NCBI GenBank assembly: GCA_046754465.1
Contig: JBHHVU010000002.1
Location: 59,614 to 123,613, forward strand
From: Nitrospinaceae bacterium
GTDB taxonomy: Bacteria > Nitrospinota > Nitrospinia > Nitrospinales > VA-1
Direction of reading: 5' to 3'
Length of the DNA stretch: 64,000 nt
Below the pieces are notes generated by a model. The model was given only the letters and a program-made list of their open reading frames with translations. It was not told where the DNA came from and did not search any database. Shown here piece by piece: positions 28,189 to 38,032 of this stretch (position 1 is its first letter; each line of letters begins with the position of its first letter). A program made the position numbers and the translations under genes.

Positions 28189-29400
28189 TTACGGGTGCTG
28201 CTTTCTCGCTTCCGCAAGCCACTCCAGAACCATTTCCGTCGGCATGGTCATTCCGCCGAACACTCTGGGACCGGCGGAGATTTTTGCCTGGCAATTCCCA
28301 TATAGGGTGGAGCAGACATCTTTGTGCATCCATCCAGCCTGGTTGAATTCGGGCACGAGAATGCGTTTGGCATTCTTGACCGCCTCGATGAGTTGCTTCC
28401 CGGGAAAGGGGCGGATGGTCTTGATTTTGACCAGTCCTACTTTTCTTCCATGTTCTTCTTCCTGTCGCACCGCTTCCCGGGCCTGGGAAACGGCGGAACC
28501 CGAGGCGATGATAAAGTCCTCCGCATCGGGATTGATCACTTCCACCCGGCCTTTCAGGTATTTGTCGAAATATTTGGCCGAACGCTCGACGGCAGCGAAT
28601 ACCTCTTGCTGCCAACTGGAATGCATGTGGTAACTGATGAAATTGCTCTTCTGGATGGGGGCATCCCGGGCAATCCTGGCGGGCGGGTTTTCATTATCCA
28701 TGGCGGGAACCGCGGACCTCCAACCGTCCCGCGGAGGCAGCTTGTATTCCTCAGAGACCATGGAGACCTGCCCCCGGGCGTGAGTCACAAAAAATCCATC
28801 TACCGAAACCACAACCGGTAAAGTCACGTCCACCTCTTCAGAAACCATAAAAGCCGCCAAGGGGTAGTCATAAAAATCCTGCTGGTTCTCCGCGTGCAGG
28901 AGAATAATGCCCGTATTCATCAAAAAGGACATCTCGATGTTGTCGGGTTGGATCGCCAGGGGGGTGTTGATCACCCGGCACATATCCATCAAGACCAAGG
29001 GAATGCGGGCGCCCGGCCAGGAATTGATGGCTTCCAGACCCCGCATCAGGCCCGGACCGGCGGTCGCCGTCAAACACCGGACTCCCGAACGGGAGGCGCC
29101 GGCGATCGCGGACATCACCCCGATCTCTTCCTCTCCCCGGTAATATTCTTTAATATACCCATCGTCGAAAAGGTAACCCGCCTGCTGCATCGTTTCACTT
29201 TGCGGGGTGATGGGATAAGAGATGGCTATATCCACATTGGCCCGGCGAATGGATTCCCGGGCCGCCTCGCTGCCGGTTATGAATTGGGTCTCCCGGGGAA
29301 GTTTGAAAAACATTTCCTCGGGGCTGACCACTTTCTGTAACTCCCCTTTCGGCACCCAATCCTTGGGTTTTCCTGCTACTTGGGCTGTTGGGTTTGACAT
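28189..29400 (-). CDS. 2-oxoacid:ferredoxin oxidoreductase alpha subunit
   Basis: FITGSEAARESIRRANVDIAISYPITPQSE N-terminal domain. Start trimmed to ATG 29400, which has an AGGAGA RBS 6 nt upstream. Confidence 0.85.
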   Translation of the reverse strand: MSNPTAQVAGKPKDWVPKGELQKVVSPEEMFFKLPRETQFITGSEAARESIRRANVDIAISYPITPQSETMQQAGYLFDDGYIKEYYRGEEEIGVMSAIAGASRSGVRCLTATAGPGLMRGLEAINSWPGARIPLVLMDMCRVINTPLAIQPDNIEMSFLMNTGIILLHAENQQDFYDYPLAAFMVSEEVDVTLPVVVSVDGFFVTHARGQVSMVSEEYKLPPRDGWRSAVPAMDNENPPARIARDAPIQKSNFISYHMHSSWQQEVFAAVERSAKYFDKYLKGRVEVINPDAEDFIIASGSAVSQAREAVRQEEEHGRKVGLVKIKTIRPFPGKQLIEAVKNAKRILVPEFNQAGWMHKDVCSTLYGNCQAKISAGPRVFGGMTMPTEMVLEWLAEARKQHP

Positions 29401-29677
29401 GTTTGGTCTCCTAAAATTTTTAATCTTCCACGGAAAGGAACGGATTGTATTTCCCTTGCCGTAGAAAAATCGAACGGACCGGTTAAATTTTCCCAAAGCC
29501 TTGAAATTTAAGGCTGGCCTCGGGGCAAACGATGAATTGGGCGGACCTTTCCAGATAAATTCCCGGGGATGAAATGGGCTTTTTCCGGGAACCCATTAAC
29601 TTGAATTTACCAAAAAGACTCTCATATTATAACAATTGCAAGCCCTGTCAAGTATTAACCCCGCCGGAAACCTTCTT

Positions 29678-30007
29678 TTAAGACTCGTTTTTGTCCGGAA
29701 GCATATTCTCCAGCAAACTGAGTTCCTTAAAATATGAAAACGCCTTCTTCAGGAACTCATTCAGGGAATGGTCGCTGTAAAATTTCAAGGTCTTACTGGC
29801 CATCTCGGTGGTGTGGCAGACCTCGAACCGGAGGGGCCGCGTCTCCAGATATTTGATAATATCCACCTCCCAGTGGATGTTGGAAATATTCTCCTGCGGC
29901 CGGCTGACCGCCGTGACTCCATAATCATTCACTTTGTACAGAAACTGGGTGCCTCCCAGGCCGCTGGGGTCCGCCCGGTTTAATATCAGGTTTTCCTGGA
30001 TCAACAT
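29678..30007 (-). CDS. Hypothetical protein
   Basis: 109-aa ORF with high-GC3 codon usage like neighbouring genes. No recognisable motif. Confidence 0.4.
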   Translation of the reverse strand: MLIQENLILNRADPSGLGGTQFLYKVNDYGVTAVSRPQENISNIHWEVDIIKYLETRPLRFEVCHTTEMASKTLKFYSDHSLNEFLKKAFSYFKELSLLENMLPDKNES

Positions 30008-30201
30008 AGTCGAATTATCCTAAAAAAAACTTTTTTCCGCCTTCGCCGGATATTTGGCGACTGGCCCGGCTGTGATAAAATAGCCGGGATTCCAGCGGTA
30101 ATCGGGAAAAATTCCTGGTAGGAGAATACCAAAACCCCGCCTCTGAATCAAAGGATTCATCGGGCGGAATCTTAGTTTCACGTTTTTCGGGAAAGATATG
30201 C

Positions 30202-30486
30202 ATGGAACCCATCGAGTTGAATGAGCCTACGAGAATCGAAGAGTTTTTGAGCCAGATCAAACTTTCTGGAAAAGGTTTTACGACCGATTGCCTGTTGATG
30301 GATGTTTACGATGCCGGATTGGACTATCCGGATTTTCTTAAAGCGGAAGGGGTGGACCCGGATGCCAGCTACGCCGGGAAATCCCCGGCCTGGGCGAAAT
30401 ACCATATGCGCCAGGGAAAAAGGGTTTTTATGGTGTATGGGGGTGAGGGAAAAGAGCGAAGAACTCATTTTTCCGAGACCCCCTGA
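30202..30486 (+). CDS. Hypothetical protein
   Basis: 94-aa ORF, divergent from the previous gene. Codon usage is plausible; no recognisable motif. Confidence 0.35.
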   Translation: MEPIELNEPTRIEEFLSQIKLSGKGFTTDCLLMDVYDAGLDYPDFLKAEGVDPDASYAGKSPAWAKYHMRQGKRVFMVYGGEGKERRTHFSETP

Positions 30487-30606
30487 GCCATAGGGATTGC
30501 AAATCCAACTCTTGCCAGCAATTGATCATCAAAACCCGGTGGCCGCACCAGACGGACCTTTCGGAAAGTGCGTTCCTACGCGGGAATTTTGGGGAGAATC
30601 GAAATC

Positions 30607-31050
30607 ATGAATTTGGATAAAGAAACTCAACTTCGGGTCCTGAGAGTGGCCGCGGACCGTCAGGAAGGAAAACCCATAGAGGAACTCGACGCGAGGATCT
30701 CCTATGTCATGGATTTGCACCCGGAGTTCGAGGAAATCTGGAAACAGGGGGAGCTCGCCACCTTTCCCCAGGAAATCAACGGACAGATCGTCAGTCCATT
30801 TGTGCACACGGTTTTACATGTCACTGTTGACAAGCAGGTCACCGGCGGGGAACCTGAATTCGTCCTGGAAACCTATAACCGGCTCATGGACCAGGGTATG
30901 GAGGAACACGATTGCCTGCACGCCATCATTGCCGTATATGCGGAACTCTATTTTACCACCTTCCGAAAGGGCAAGCAGTTTGACTTTCTCGATTACCAGA
31001 GCCGGCTGGGCTATCTCTCTTACGAAGACGCTGGCTCCCAGGAAGGGTAG
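30607..31050 (+). CDS. Hypothetical protein, possibly DUF1841 family
   Basis: About 147 aa from an ATG with a GGGGAG RBS. Family assignment is tentative and from memory. Confidence 0.4.
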   Translation: MNLDKETQLRVLRVAADRQEGKPIEELDARISYVMDLHPEFEEIWKQGELATFPQEINGQIVSPFVHTVLHVTVDKQVTGGEPEFVLETYNRLMDQGMEEHDCLHAIIAVYAELYFTTFRKGKQFDFLDYQSRLGYLSYEDAGSQEG

Positions 31051-31107
31051 AAAAAAGGAGGGAGGGGGAATTTATTCGGTTTCCGGCCCGTAGTTTTCAG
31101 TTTCCAT

Positions 31108-31305
31108 CTATTCCCATTGGCCCGGCTTAAGAGGTTCGTGGCACACCTCACAGTATTGCTGGGTGTAGGAATTGGGATGATGGCATTCCGGGCAAACCAG
31201 AGTCTGGTCTTCCCCATATTCCTTAAAAACCGTCAGGCACTTTTCACACCACGCCGAATGGGTGAGATTCGGCTGTCCACATTTCGGGCAGTTTTTTACC
31301 GTCAT
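31108..31305 (-). CDS. Double zinc-ribbon protein
   Basis: CPKCG ... CEKC ... CPECHH ... CEVCH: four Cys pairs in about 65 aa. Confidence 0.45.
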   Translation of the reverse strand: MTVKNCPKCGQPNLTHSAWCEKCLTVFKEYGEDQTLVCPECHHPNSYTQQYCEVCHEPLKPGQWE

Positions 31306-31470
31306 AATACATGTTAGATGTGTGCGGCCAATGAGGGATGTAAATTTTTTGGCAAGATCCCACCCGTCGTCTTCGCGGAATATTTTTGGAGGAAACACAA
31401 GGGGGGTAAAAAAACTTTTACTCTCGATCGGAAAGAGATTAGGGGGGGTGGTTGTTCCTGGAGGATGCGG

Positions 31471-32337
31471 TTACAGGGCTTTGGCGAGGGTCTTTCCGAG
31501 GTCGGCGGGGCTTTTACACACCTTGATGCCGCATTTCTTCATTATCTTCATTTTTTCCTGCGCCGTCCCCTGGCCGCCGGAGATGATGGCGCCCGCGTGC
31601 CCCATGCGACGCCCGGGCGGCGCCGTTTGCCCGGCGATGAACCCGACCACGGGTTTGGTCACTTTCTTTTTGATGAAGTACGCCGCTTCATCCTCGGCAG
31701 TGCCGCCAATCTCCCCGATCATGCAGATGGCTTTCGTTCCACGGTCCTTTTGAAACAGCTCCAGGATATCGGTGAAGGTGCTCCCGATGATGGGGTCGCC
31801 GCCGATCCCCACGCAGGTCGACTGGCCGATGCCCAACTCGGTCAGTTGCCCCACGGTTTCGTAGGTCAGCGTCCCGCTGCGCGAAATGATTCCCACGTTG
31901 CCCTTTTTATGAATGTGGGCGGGCATGATCCCGATCTTGCATTTGCCCGGCGAAATCACACCCGGACAATTGGGTCCGATGAGGCGGGACTCGGAGTTTT
32001 GCAAGTACCGGTGCACCTCCACCATGTCCATGGTGGGGATGCCCTCGGTGATGCAGATGATCAGGGCGATGCCCGCGTCCGCGGCTTCCAGGATCGCGTC
32101 CGCCGCGAAGGCGGGCGGAACGAAGACCATGGTTGCGTTGGCCCGGGTTTTCTCCCTGGCTTCCTTAACGGTGTTGAAAACCGGAACGTTCAAAACGGTC
32201 TGGCCCCCCTTGCCGGGGGTGACCCCGCCCACCACCTGGGTGCCGTATTGGATGGCTTGCTCGCTGTGGAACGTGCCTTCGCGGCCGGTGATGCCCTGAA
32301 CGATCAATCGTGTTTTTTCATCAACCAGAATACTCAT
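31471..32337 (-). CDS. sucD: Succinyl-CoA synthetase alpha subunit
   Basis: [12 protein letters not shown] ... phosphohistidine loop SRSGTLTYE. Confidence 0.93.
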   Translation of the reverse strand: MSILVDEKTRLIVQGITGREGTFHSEQAIQYGTQVVGGVTPGKGGQTVLNVPVFNTVKEAREKTRANATMVFVPPAFAADAILEAADAGIALIICITEGIPTMDMVEVHRYLQNSESRLIGPNCPGVISPGKCKIGIMPAHIHKKGNVGIISRSGTLTYETVGQLTELGIGQSTCVGIGGDPIIGSTFTDILELFQKDRGTKAICMIGEIGGTAEDEAAYFIKKKVTKPVVGFIAGQTAPPGRRMGHAGAIISGGQGTAQEKMKIMKKCGIKVCKSPADLGKTLAKAL

Positions 32338-33494
32338 TGGATGGATTTGACCACCTTTCTTGCGGCGTCCTTCATGCCGTTGGCAACGGCGAAATTCAGG
32401 CCCGATTCTTCAAGGATCCGGTGCCCCTCCTCCATGTTGGTGCCTTCCATGCGGATCACCACGGGGATCTGAATGTGAAGTTTCCGTGTGGCGGCCACCA
32501 CGCCTCTCGCCAGGATGTCGCAACGCAAAATGCCGCCGAATATGTTGATCAGAATGGCCCGGACCTTGGAGTCCGCAATCAGGATGCGGAACCCGTTTTC
32601 GATCATTTCTTCATTGGCCCCGCCGCCCACGTCGAGAAAATTCGCCGGTTCGCCGCCGGAATGTTTGATGATGTCCATCGTGGCCATGGCCAGACCGGCG
32701 CCGTTGACCATGCAGCCGATGCTGCCGTCCAGCTTGATGTAGTTTAAATGGTATTTCGAGGCCTCCACTTCCAGGGGGGCTTCCTCGTCCAGATCGCGGT
32801 ATTCCTGGCTGTGTTTTTGCCGGTAAAGGGCGTTGTCGTCGATGGTGACCTTGGCGTCCAGCGCCAGGACACGGTTATCTTCCGTGACGACCAGCGGGTT
32901 GATTTCTAGCATCGCGCTGTCTTCTTTCACGAAACAAGTATAAAGGTTCATGATGAAGGGGATCATCTTCTTCAAGGCGTCTCCCTGGAGATGAAGCGCG
33001 AAGGCGATTTTCCGGGCGAGATACGGCTTGACTCCAATGACCGGGTCCACCACTTCCTTGATGATTTTTTCCGGGGATTCGGCGGCGACCTCCTCGATTT
33101 CCATCCCCCCCGCCTCGCTCGCCATGATGAGAACGCGGCTGGTTTGCCGGTCCACCACGATGCCGAGATAGAGTTCCCGGGCGATGGCCATGCCCTCTTC
33201 GACGAGGACCTTCTTGACCAGGCGTCCTTCGGGTCCGGTCTGGGGCGTGACGAGGGTCATGCCGATGATTTTACGGGCGTATTTTTCTGCCTCCTCCGGG
33301 CTTTTGGCCAGTTTCACCCCGCCCCCCTTGCCCCGTCCCCCGGCATGGATCTGGGCCTTGACCACCGTCACCGGTGTTCCCAGTTTGCGGGCGGCCTTCG
33401 CTGCCTCCGAAGGATCCGACACCAGGATCCCATTGGGGACCGCGACGTTGTATTTTGCCAGAATTTCCTTGGCCTGATACTCGTGTATTTTCAT
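32334..33494 (-). CDS. sucC: Succinyl-CoA synthetase beta subunit
   Basis: [15 protein letters not shown] ... ATP-grasp. 4-nt overlap with sucD. Confidence 0.93.
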   Translation of the reverse strand: MKIHEYQAKEILAKYNVAVPNGILVSDPSEAAKAARKLGTPVTVVKAQIHAGGRGKGGGVKLAKSPEEAEKYARKIIGMTLVTPQTGPEGRLVKKVLVEEGMAIARELYLGIVVDRQTSRVLIMASEAGGMEIEEVAAESPEKIIKEVVDPVIGVKPYLARKIAFALHLQGDALKKMIPFIMNLYTCFVKEDSAMLEINPLVVTEDNRVLALDAKVTIDDNALYRQKHSQEYRDLDEEAPLEVEASKYHLNYIKLDGSIGCMVNGAGLAMATMDIIKHSGGEPANFLDVGGGANEEMIENGFRILIADSKVRAILINIFGGILRCDILARGVVAATRKLHIQIPVVIRMEGTNMEEGHRILEESGLNFAVANGMKDAARKVVKSIQ

Positions 33495-33545
33495 AATTGC
33501 TTGGTGGAAAAAATAATGATTTGAATCGGGGGAAAAGGATTTCAG

Positions 33546-33574
33546 TTTTTATCACAAGCGCCCGAACTTGTCAA
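33546..33574 (-). promoter_or_regulatory. Putative sigma-70 promoter for sucCD
   Basis: On the minus strand: TTGACA, a 17-nt spacer, then TGaTAAAAA (extended -10), about 45 nt upstream of the sucC ATG. Confidence 0.35.
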
Positions 33575-33879
33575 AACAAAATGAAAGTCGAAGGGGCCTT
33601 CTCTTGCAGGTTGGACGTTGCGTTTCTTTACACAAAACACGCCGTACAACTTGTTTGGGGAGCCTGCTAGATGATTATCAAGTCTCCTCTTGCCTGCGTT
33701 TGGATAATGCGGTACCACTGGAGACAGTGGCTTTCCCATAGGTGACGGGCTGGGTGAGGGTGGGTTGGCACGATCAACGGGATAGCCCAAAATGGCGTGC
33801 CCTGAACACGGTTCTATCAATCGCTTTTTTTAGATGTAGCAAAAAAAGGACTTGACCCGTTCACCTCGGAGGGAAGGGA

Positions 33880-34308
33880 TCAGATTTTGGAGGCGATGGA
33901 TTTGGGAATCCGGGGTTTTTCCACCTCCTGGGCGTTGGAGGTGTGGAACAGCTCCCTCCAGGCCTCTTCCAGAGGGTGGAGAACCTTGAGAATGGATTCG
34001 AGAGCCTCGCGGTCGGATTTGATATTCGCCAGGGTCAGTTGACTCAATATAAACTGGTACAGGGTTTCCAGTTTGGATGCCACTTCCCCCCCCTTTTTCA
34101 GGTTCAGGGAAACGGACAGCTCGTTGATGATGTCGTGGGTCTTCTGGATATAAAGTCCTTTGCCGGATATGTCCCCCTTTTCCAGGGAATGCAGGGCCAT
34201 GCGGGTGAATTTCATGGCGCCTTCATACATCATTAAAATGAGTTTTCCCTGACTGGAGGTGGAGATTTCGTTTCTCCTGTATTCATGATGATATTTGGCG
34301 GGGACCAT
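33880..34308 (-). CDS. fliS: Flagellar export chaperone FliS
   Basis: 142 aa. LILMMYEGAMKF ... helical bundle pattern of FliS. Directly downstream of fliD. Confidence 0.85.
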   Translation of the reverse strand: MVPAKYHHEYRRNEISTSSQGKLILMMYEGAMKFTRMALHSLEKGDISGKGLYIQKTHDIINELSVSLNLKKGGEVASKLETLYQFILSQLTLANIKSDREALESILKVLHPLEEAWRELFHTSNAQEVEKPRIPKSIASKI

Positions 34309-34362
34309 AATTAAGCGAACTCCTTTTTATTTTCCGAGATTACCTGTGCCGCACTATCCGTA

Positions 34363-35985
34363 CTATTTCTTAAAAAGATTCTGGAGGCCCGTGAGGGAGT
34401 TTGTGAAAGCCTCTTTCTGGGAATTCAATTTTCCGATGGTGATTTCCAGGTTGGTGAACCGCTGGCGGAGGCTAGCCTCGAACACCGTCACCCGCTCCTC
34501 AAGGGAAGCGATGGTTTCGTCGAAGTCCTTGATGGATTCCGTGGCGGTATCGATTTCTGCCGAAAGCGGACCGTTCAGGGACGTGTCCACCAAGTTGGCC
34601 AACACCCGGTTGATGGTTTCCGCCACCCCAACGGAAAGGGTAATGGTTCCGTAGGAACCATTACCCAAATTGGCGATCCGGAAATTCAGGCCTTCCGCGT
34701 CGGTGCCGGGAGCGCCTGAAAAGAAATTCCCGGACCCTACCGCGTTGGTGAACTGGTTTTTCCCGGTGGGGCTCAGTTGGGGAACACCGCCCGAGACCCT
34801 CAAATCGTAGGTGCCGGCGACCGTTTCCTTGGTGAAGCCCACGAACGTCACGCTGTTATCGGTCGTTGTGCCCAAACTGGAGAAAAGCTGGCTCACATTG
34901 CCGACACTGGTGTTCAGGGCGCTGGTCAAATCGGTATCGTTGATTTTCAGGGTTCCGTCGTCCTGGGTCCGGATTCCCACTTGGGAAAGAAAGTTGAAGG
35001 TTCCGGAAACTCCTCCCACCTGAGCGCTGACCGTGTTGCGAATGGTTTGTTGGAGGTTCTGAACCGTGAAGTTGCCGAACAGCAAACCGGTATTGAGGCT
35101 ATCCGGATTCAAAAACTGCTGGTCGTTGAGAAAGAGGGTGAGTTCGTTGTACCCGTCCACGAAGCTAGTGATTTTTTCCTTGATGGCGTCCAAATCCGAG
35201 GACAGGGTGATCGTACCCGAACCGGCCGATTGAAGGTTTAATGTGGTTCCGTTGATGACATCGGTGATGGTGTTGGTGGATTTGGTGACGGAGACCCCAT
35301 CCACCACCAGGCTCGCGTCTTGCGCGGCCTGGGTCTCGGTAAAGGACACCAACTCCTGGGTGCCTCCCCCAAGGAAGCCTTTCTTGATGGCGAGGGAGAC
35401 ACTGTTATCCTTCCCGGTTTTGGTGCCGGATACGAGCAGACGCACCGGGTTGGTGGAGCTTCCGTCGTTCAGAAACGATGCGGTGACGTCGGCGCCGGAA
35501 TTGTTAATGGCCAGGCGTACTCCATCCAGGGTGTTGTTGGCGGAATTAATAGCAATTTTAGTGGTGGTATTGCCCACAGTGATTTCCAGGGTTCCCTGCT
35601 CGACCGACGCCGTGGTGGAACTGAATCCCGCTGAGATGAGTTTGCTCTCCCGGGCAATTTTGTTGACGGTCAGGGAAAAGGTTCCCGACGCGGCCTGGCT
35701 GGTGGTTGTCAGGGAAAGGACCTGATTGTTATCCGTGGAGCTATTGTTGGAAAATATCCCCTGGGTGGACAGGAAACGGTTTTGGGTATTGAGGGTGGAG
35801 ACCACGCTCTTGAAGGTCTGTAACCTGGACTTAAGCTCTTGAAACGCGGCGAGCTTCTGGTTCTCGGCATCCCGTTTGGCCTGCACCAGGTCGATCGGCC
35901 TTCTTTGCAGCGCGACCAGTTTGGTGAGGATATCGTTCGTATCCAGCCCGGAATTCAATCCAGATATTGATGCTTGTGCCATCAA
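34363..35985 (-). CDS. fliD: Flagellar filament capping protein FliD (hook-associated protein 2)
   Basis: N-terminal ISGLNSGLDTNDILTKLVALQRRPID and a C-terminal coiled coil. S/T/N-rich central region. Confidence 0.85.
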   Translation of the reverse strand: MMAQASISGLNSGLDTNDILTKLVALQRRPIDLVQAKRDAENQKLAAFQELKSRLQTFKSVVSTLNTQNRFLSTQGIFSNNSSTDNNQVLSLTTTSQAASGTFSLTVNKIARESKLISAGFSSTTASVEQGTLEITVGNTTTKIAINSANNTLDGVRLAINNSGADVTASFLNDGSSTNPVRLLVSGTKTGKDNSVSLAIKKGFLGGGTQELVSFTETQAAQDASLVVDGVSVTKSTNTITDVINGTTLNLQSAGSGTITLSSDLDAIKEKITSFVDGYNELTLFLNDQQFLNPDSLNTGLLFGNFTVQNLQQTIRNTVSAQVGGVSGTFNFLSQVGIRTQDDGTLKINDTDLTSALNTSVGNVSQLFSSLGTTTDNSVTFVGFTKETVAGTYDLRVSGGVPQLSPTGKNQFTNAVGSGNFFSGAPGTDAEGLNFRIANLGNGSYGTITLSVGVAETINRVLANLVDTSLNGPLSAEIDTATESIKDFDETIASLEERVTVFEASLRQRFTNLEITIGKLNSQKEAFTNSLTGLQNLFKK

Positions 35986-36029
35986 GAAGCCTTAAAGGGA
36001 AGAAAAATGATTGGGTCCCATTAAGAAAA

Positions 36030-36056
36030 TTATCGGCCTGAATGAATTAAACTTTA
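36030..36056 (-). promoter_or_regulatory. Sigma-28 (FliA) class III flagellar promoter upstream of fliD
   Basis: The minus strand reads TAAAGTTT-N11-GCCGATAA, an exact match to the sigma-28 consensus, about 45-70 nt upstream of the fliD start. Confidence 0.7.
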
Positions 36057-36250
36057 ATGGTTTCGGGACTTTTAAAAACAAGGAGATGTTTTAATGAAAG
36101 AGTTTGCGGTCCCGGGGCGAAATCCTGTGCATTCGCCGTCCTTGAATTTTCGCTTTTCTACCTCACCGACCGGGGAAAAAAGGGTTGATTTGTGTTCCGG
36201 GGGTGATAAAGTACCACTCTCCCCTGATTTACCTAATTTCGGGCATTTTC

Positions 36251-36898
36251 ATGACGGAACAGTTCGATTTGTTTTCACAGCAGGAAGACGAAAAAGCCGG
36301 TCAGGCTGACGTTTCCCCCAGGGTCCTGTATTTTGACCTGGAAACTCAAAAGTCAGCGGATGACGTGGGGGGATGGGAAAATATTCCTGCGATGGGTCTC
36401 GCGGTGGGGGTGGTCTGGGACAGCCTGGACCGGAAATTCTTCACTTATCTGGAGGCGGAGGCCCAAAAACTGGTTGAAAAATTATGTTCCGCCGACCTCG
36501 TTGTGGGATTCAACGTGATCGGCTTCGATTATGCCGTCCTGCAACCTTATGCCACAAGAACAACCGGTTTTGACCTCCAGGAAATCAATACCTTCGACAT
36601 GTTGCTGGATGTCAGGAAAATCCTCAAATTTCGCCTGAGCCTCAATCACCTGGCCCAATACACCCTGAACGCCGAAAAATCCGCCGACGGCCTGATTTCC
36701 CTGCAATGGTATAAAGAAGGGAAAATAGACAAGATCATCGAGTATTGCAAACAGGACGTGGCCATTACGCGCGATCTATTCCTGTTCGGGCAGTCCAACG
36801 AATTCGTGAAATACAAGGATCGAAAGGGAAAGGTTCAAAAATTGGATGTGGTCTGGAAAGTCGACCACCTGATCCACCCCCGTCCTTCCGCGGGTTGA
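36251..36898 (+). CDS. RNase H-like fold 3'-5' exonuclease (DEDDy type)
   Basis: Exo motifs LYFDLET (I), VGFNVIGFDYAVL (II) and YCKQDVAITRDLF (III, with Tyr). Start trimmed to MTEQFDLF. Confidence 0.55.
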   Translation: MTEQFDLFSQQEDEKAGQADVSPRVLYFDLETQKSADDVGGWENIPAMGLAVGVVWDSLDRKFFTYLEAEAQKLVEKLCSADLVVGFNVIGFDYAVLQPYATRTTGFDLQEINTFDMLLDVRKILKFRLSLNHLAQYTLNAEKSADGLISLQWYKEGKIDKIIEYCKQDVAITRDLFLFGQSNEFVKYKDRKGKVQKLDVVWKVDHLIHPRPSAG

Positions 36899-36920
36899 AC
36901 GGGGTTTCATCCCGCCGCCT

Positions 36921-37913
36921 TCACGATTTCACGCTCACGGTATCCAGCAGCTTTTCGATGATATCCACGGGTTTGATGTTTTCCGCTTCCGCCTTGAAAT
37001 TGAGAATGATCCGGTGTTCCAGCACCTGCCGGGCGACGCTGCGGATATCCTCGACGGTGATGCTGACCCGGTTATCCATCAGCGCCCGGGCCTTGGCTCC
37101 CAGAATCAGGTATTGGGAAGCCCGGGGACCGGCCCCCCAATCGATCCACTCATTGACGAAACCCGGCGAATCGCCGTTTTGACGGGGCCGGGTGCTTTGG
37201 ACCAGCTCCACCGCATAATGGGCCACATAATCGGAAACGGGCACCCGGGGAACCAGATCCTGTAATTCCTGCACCCGGTCCGCGTTCAATACCACTTCGA
37301 GTTGGGGCTTGTGACCGGAGGTGGTGGACAGGGCGATGTCGACCTCCTGTTCCTTGGTGGGATAGGTGACGTTGATGATGAACATGAACCGGTCCAGTTG
37401 TGCTTCCGGCAGGGGGTAGGTCCCCTCGTGTTCGATCGGATTTTGCGTGGCGAACACCAAAAACGGCTCGTCGAGGTGGTAGGTGGTCCCCCCCACGGTA
37501 ACCTGATGTTCCTGCATGGCCTGAAGCAGGGCCGCCTGTGTCTTAGGAGGGGTCCGGTTGATCTCGTCGGCCAGAATGATGTTGGCGAAAATCGGGCCTT
37601 TAATGAACTGAAACGACCGTTTTCCCGTGGCATGTTCTTCGTGGAGGATATCCGTGCCGGTGATGTCCGAGGGCATCAAATCGGGGGTGAACTGGATGCG
37701 GCTGAATTTCAAGTTCAGGACCTGGGCCAGGGTGCTGACCAGGAGGGTTTTTGCCAGTCCGGGAACCCCCACGAAAAGGCAATGGCCTTTGGAAAACAGA
37801 GCGACCAGCAGGTCCTCGATCACAGAATCCTGTCCGACAATCACCTTTTGAATTTCCCGGACCACTTTTCCCTTGGCCTGTAACAGTTCTTTCGCTAAAT
37901 CCAGATCGTCCAT
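36921..37913 (-). CDS. MoxR-like AAA+ ATPase
   Basis: Walker A GVPGLAKT, Walker B FANIILADEINRTPPKTQAALLQAMQE (AAA_3 signature). Start trimmed to MDDLDLAKE. Confidence 0.88.
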   Translation of the reverse strand: MDDLDLAKELLQAKGKVVREIQKVIVGQDSVIEDLLVALFSKGHCLFVGVPGLAKTLLVSTLAQVLNLKFSRIQFTPDLMPSDITGTDILHEEHATGKRSFQFIKGPIFANIILADEINRTPPKTQAALLQAMQEHQVTVGGTTYHLDEPFLVFATQNPIEHEGTYPLPEAQLDRFMFIINVTYPTKEQEVDIALSTTSGHKPQLEVVLNADRVQELQDLVPRVPVSDYVAHYAVELVQSTRPRQNGDSPGFVNEWIDWGAGPRASQYLILGAKARALMDNRVSITVEDIRSVARQVLEHRIILNFKAEAENIKPVDIIEKLLDTVSVKS

Positions 37914-38032
37914 AAATGTTTTCTCCCCTTGACAGCCGCGCCGGTGTTCCCCCGGGTGGCTGAAGGCGGCCTTCCTCCCTCCCGGGATTGGGCCATGATG
38001 GTTTCCGGGGCTCTCCACCCAAGCCCCGGGTG

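Noticed and set aside
28023-28217. 64-aa minus-strand ORF in the 177-nt spacer between the oxidoreductase alpha and beta genes
   Set aside because: It overlaps the C-terminus of the alpha subunit, is Arg/Gly/Pro-rich and has no RBS. More likely an untranslated inter-cistronic spacer.
31318-32472. 384-aa + strand ORF across sucD/sucC, plus similar long antisense ORFs across mutS, metG, uvrA, atpA, atpD and the UbiD gene (e.g. 47468..48772, 58629..59834, 60135..61313, 61344..62696, 56559..57653, 53975..54904, 40810..41556)
   Set aside because: All lie opposite strongly conserved housekeeping genes and show Arg/Gly/Pro/His-biased composition with no motifs. These are shadow ORFs of a GC-rich genome.
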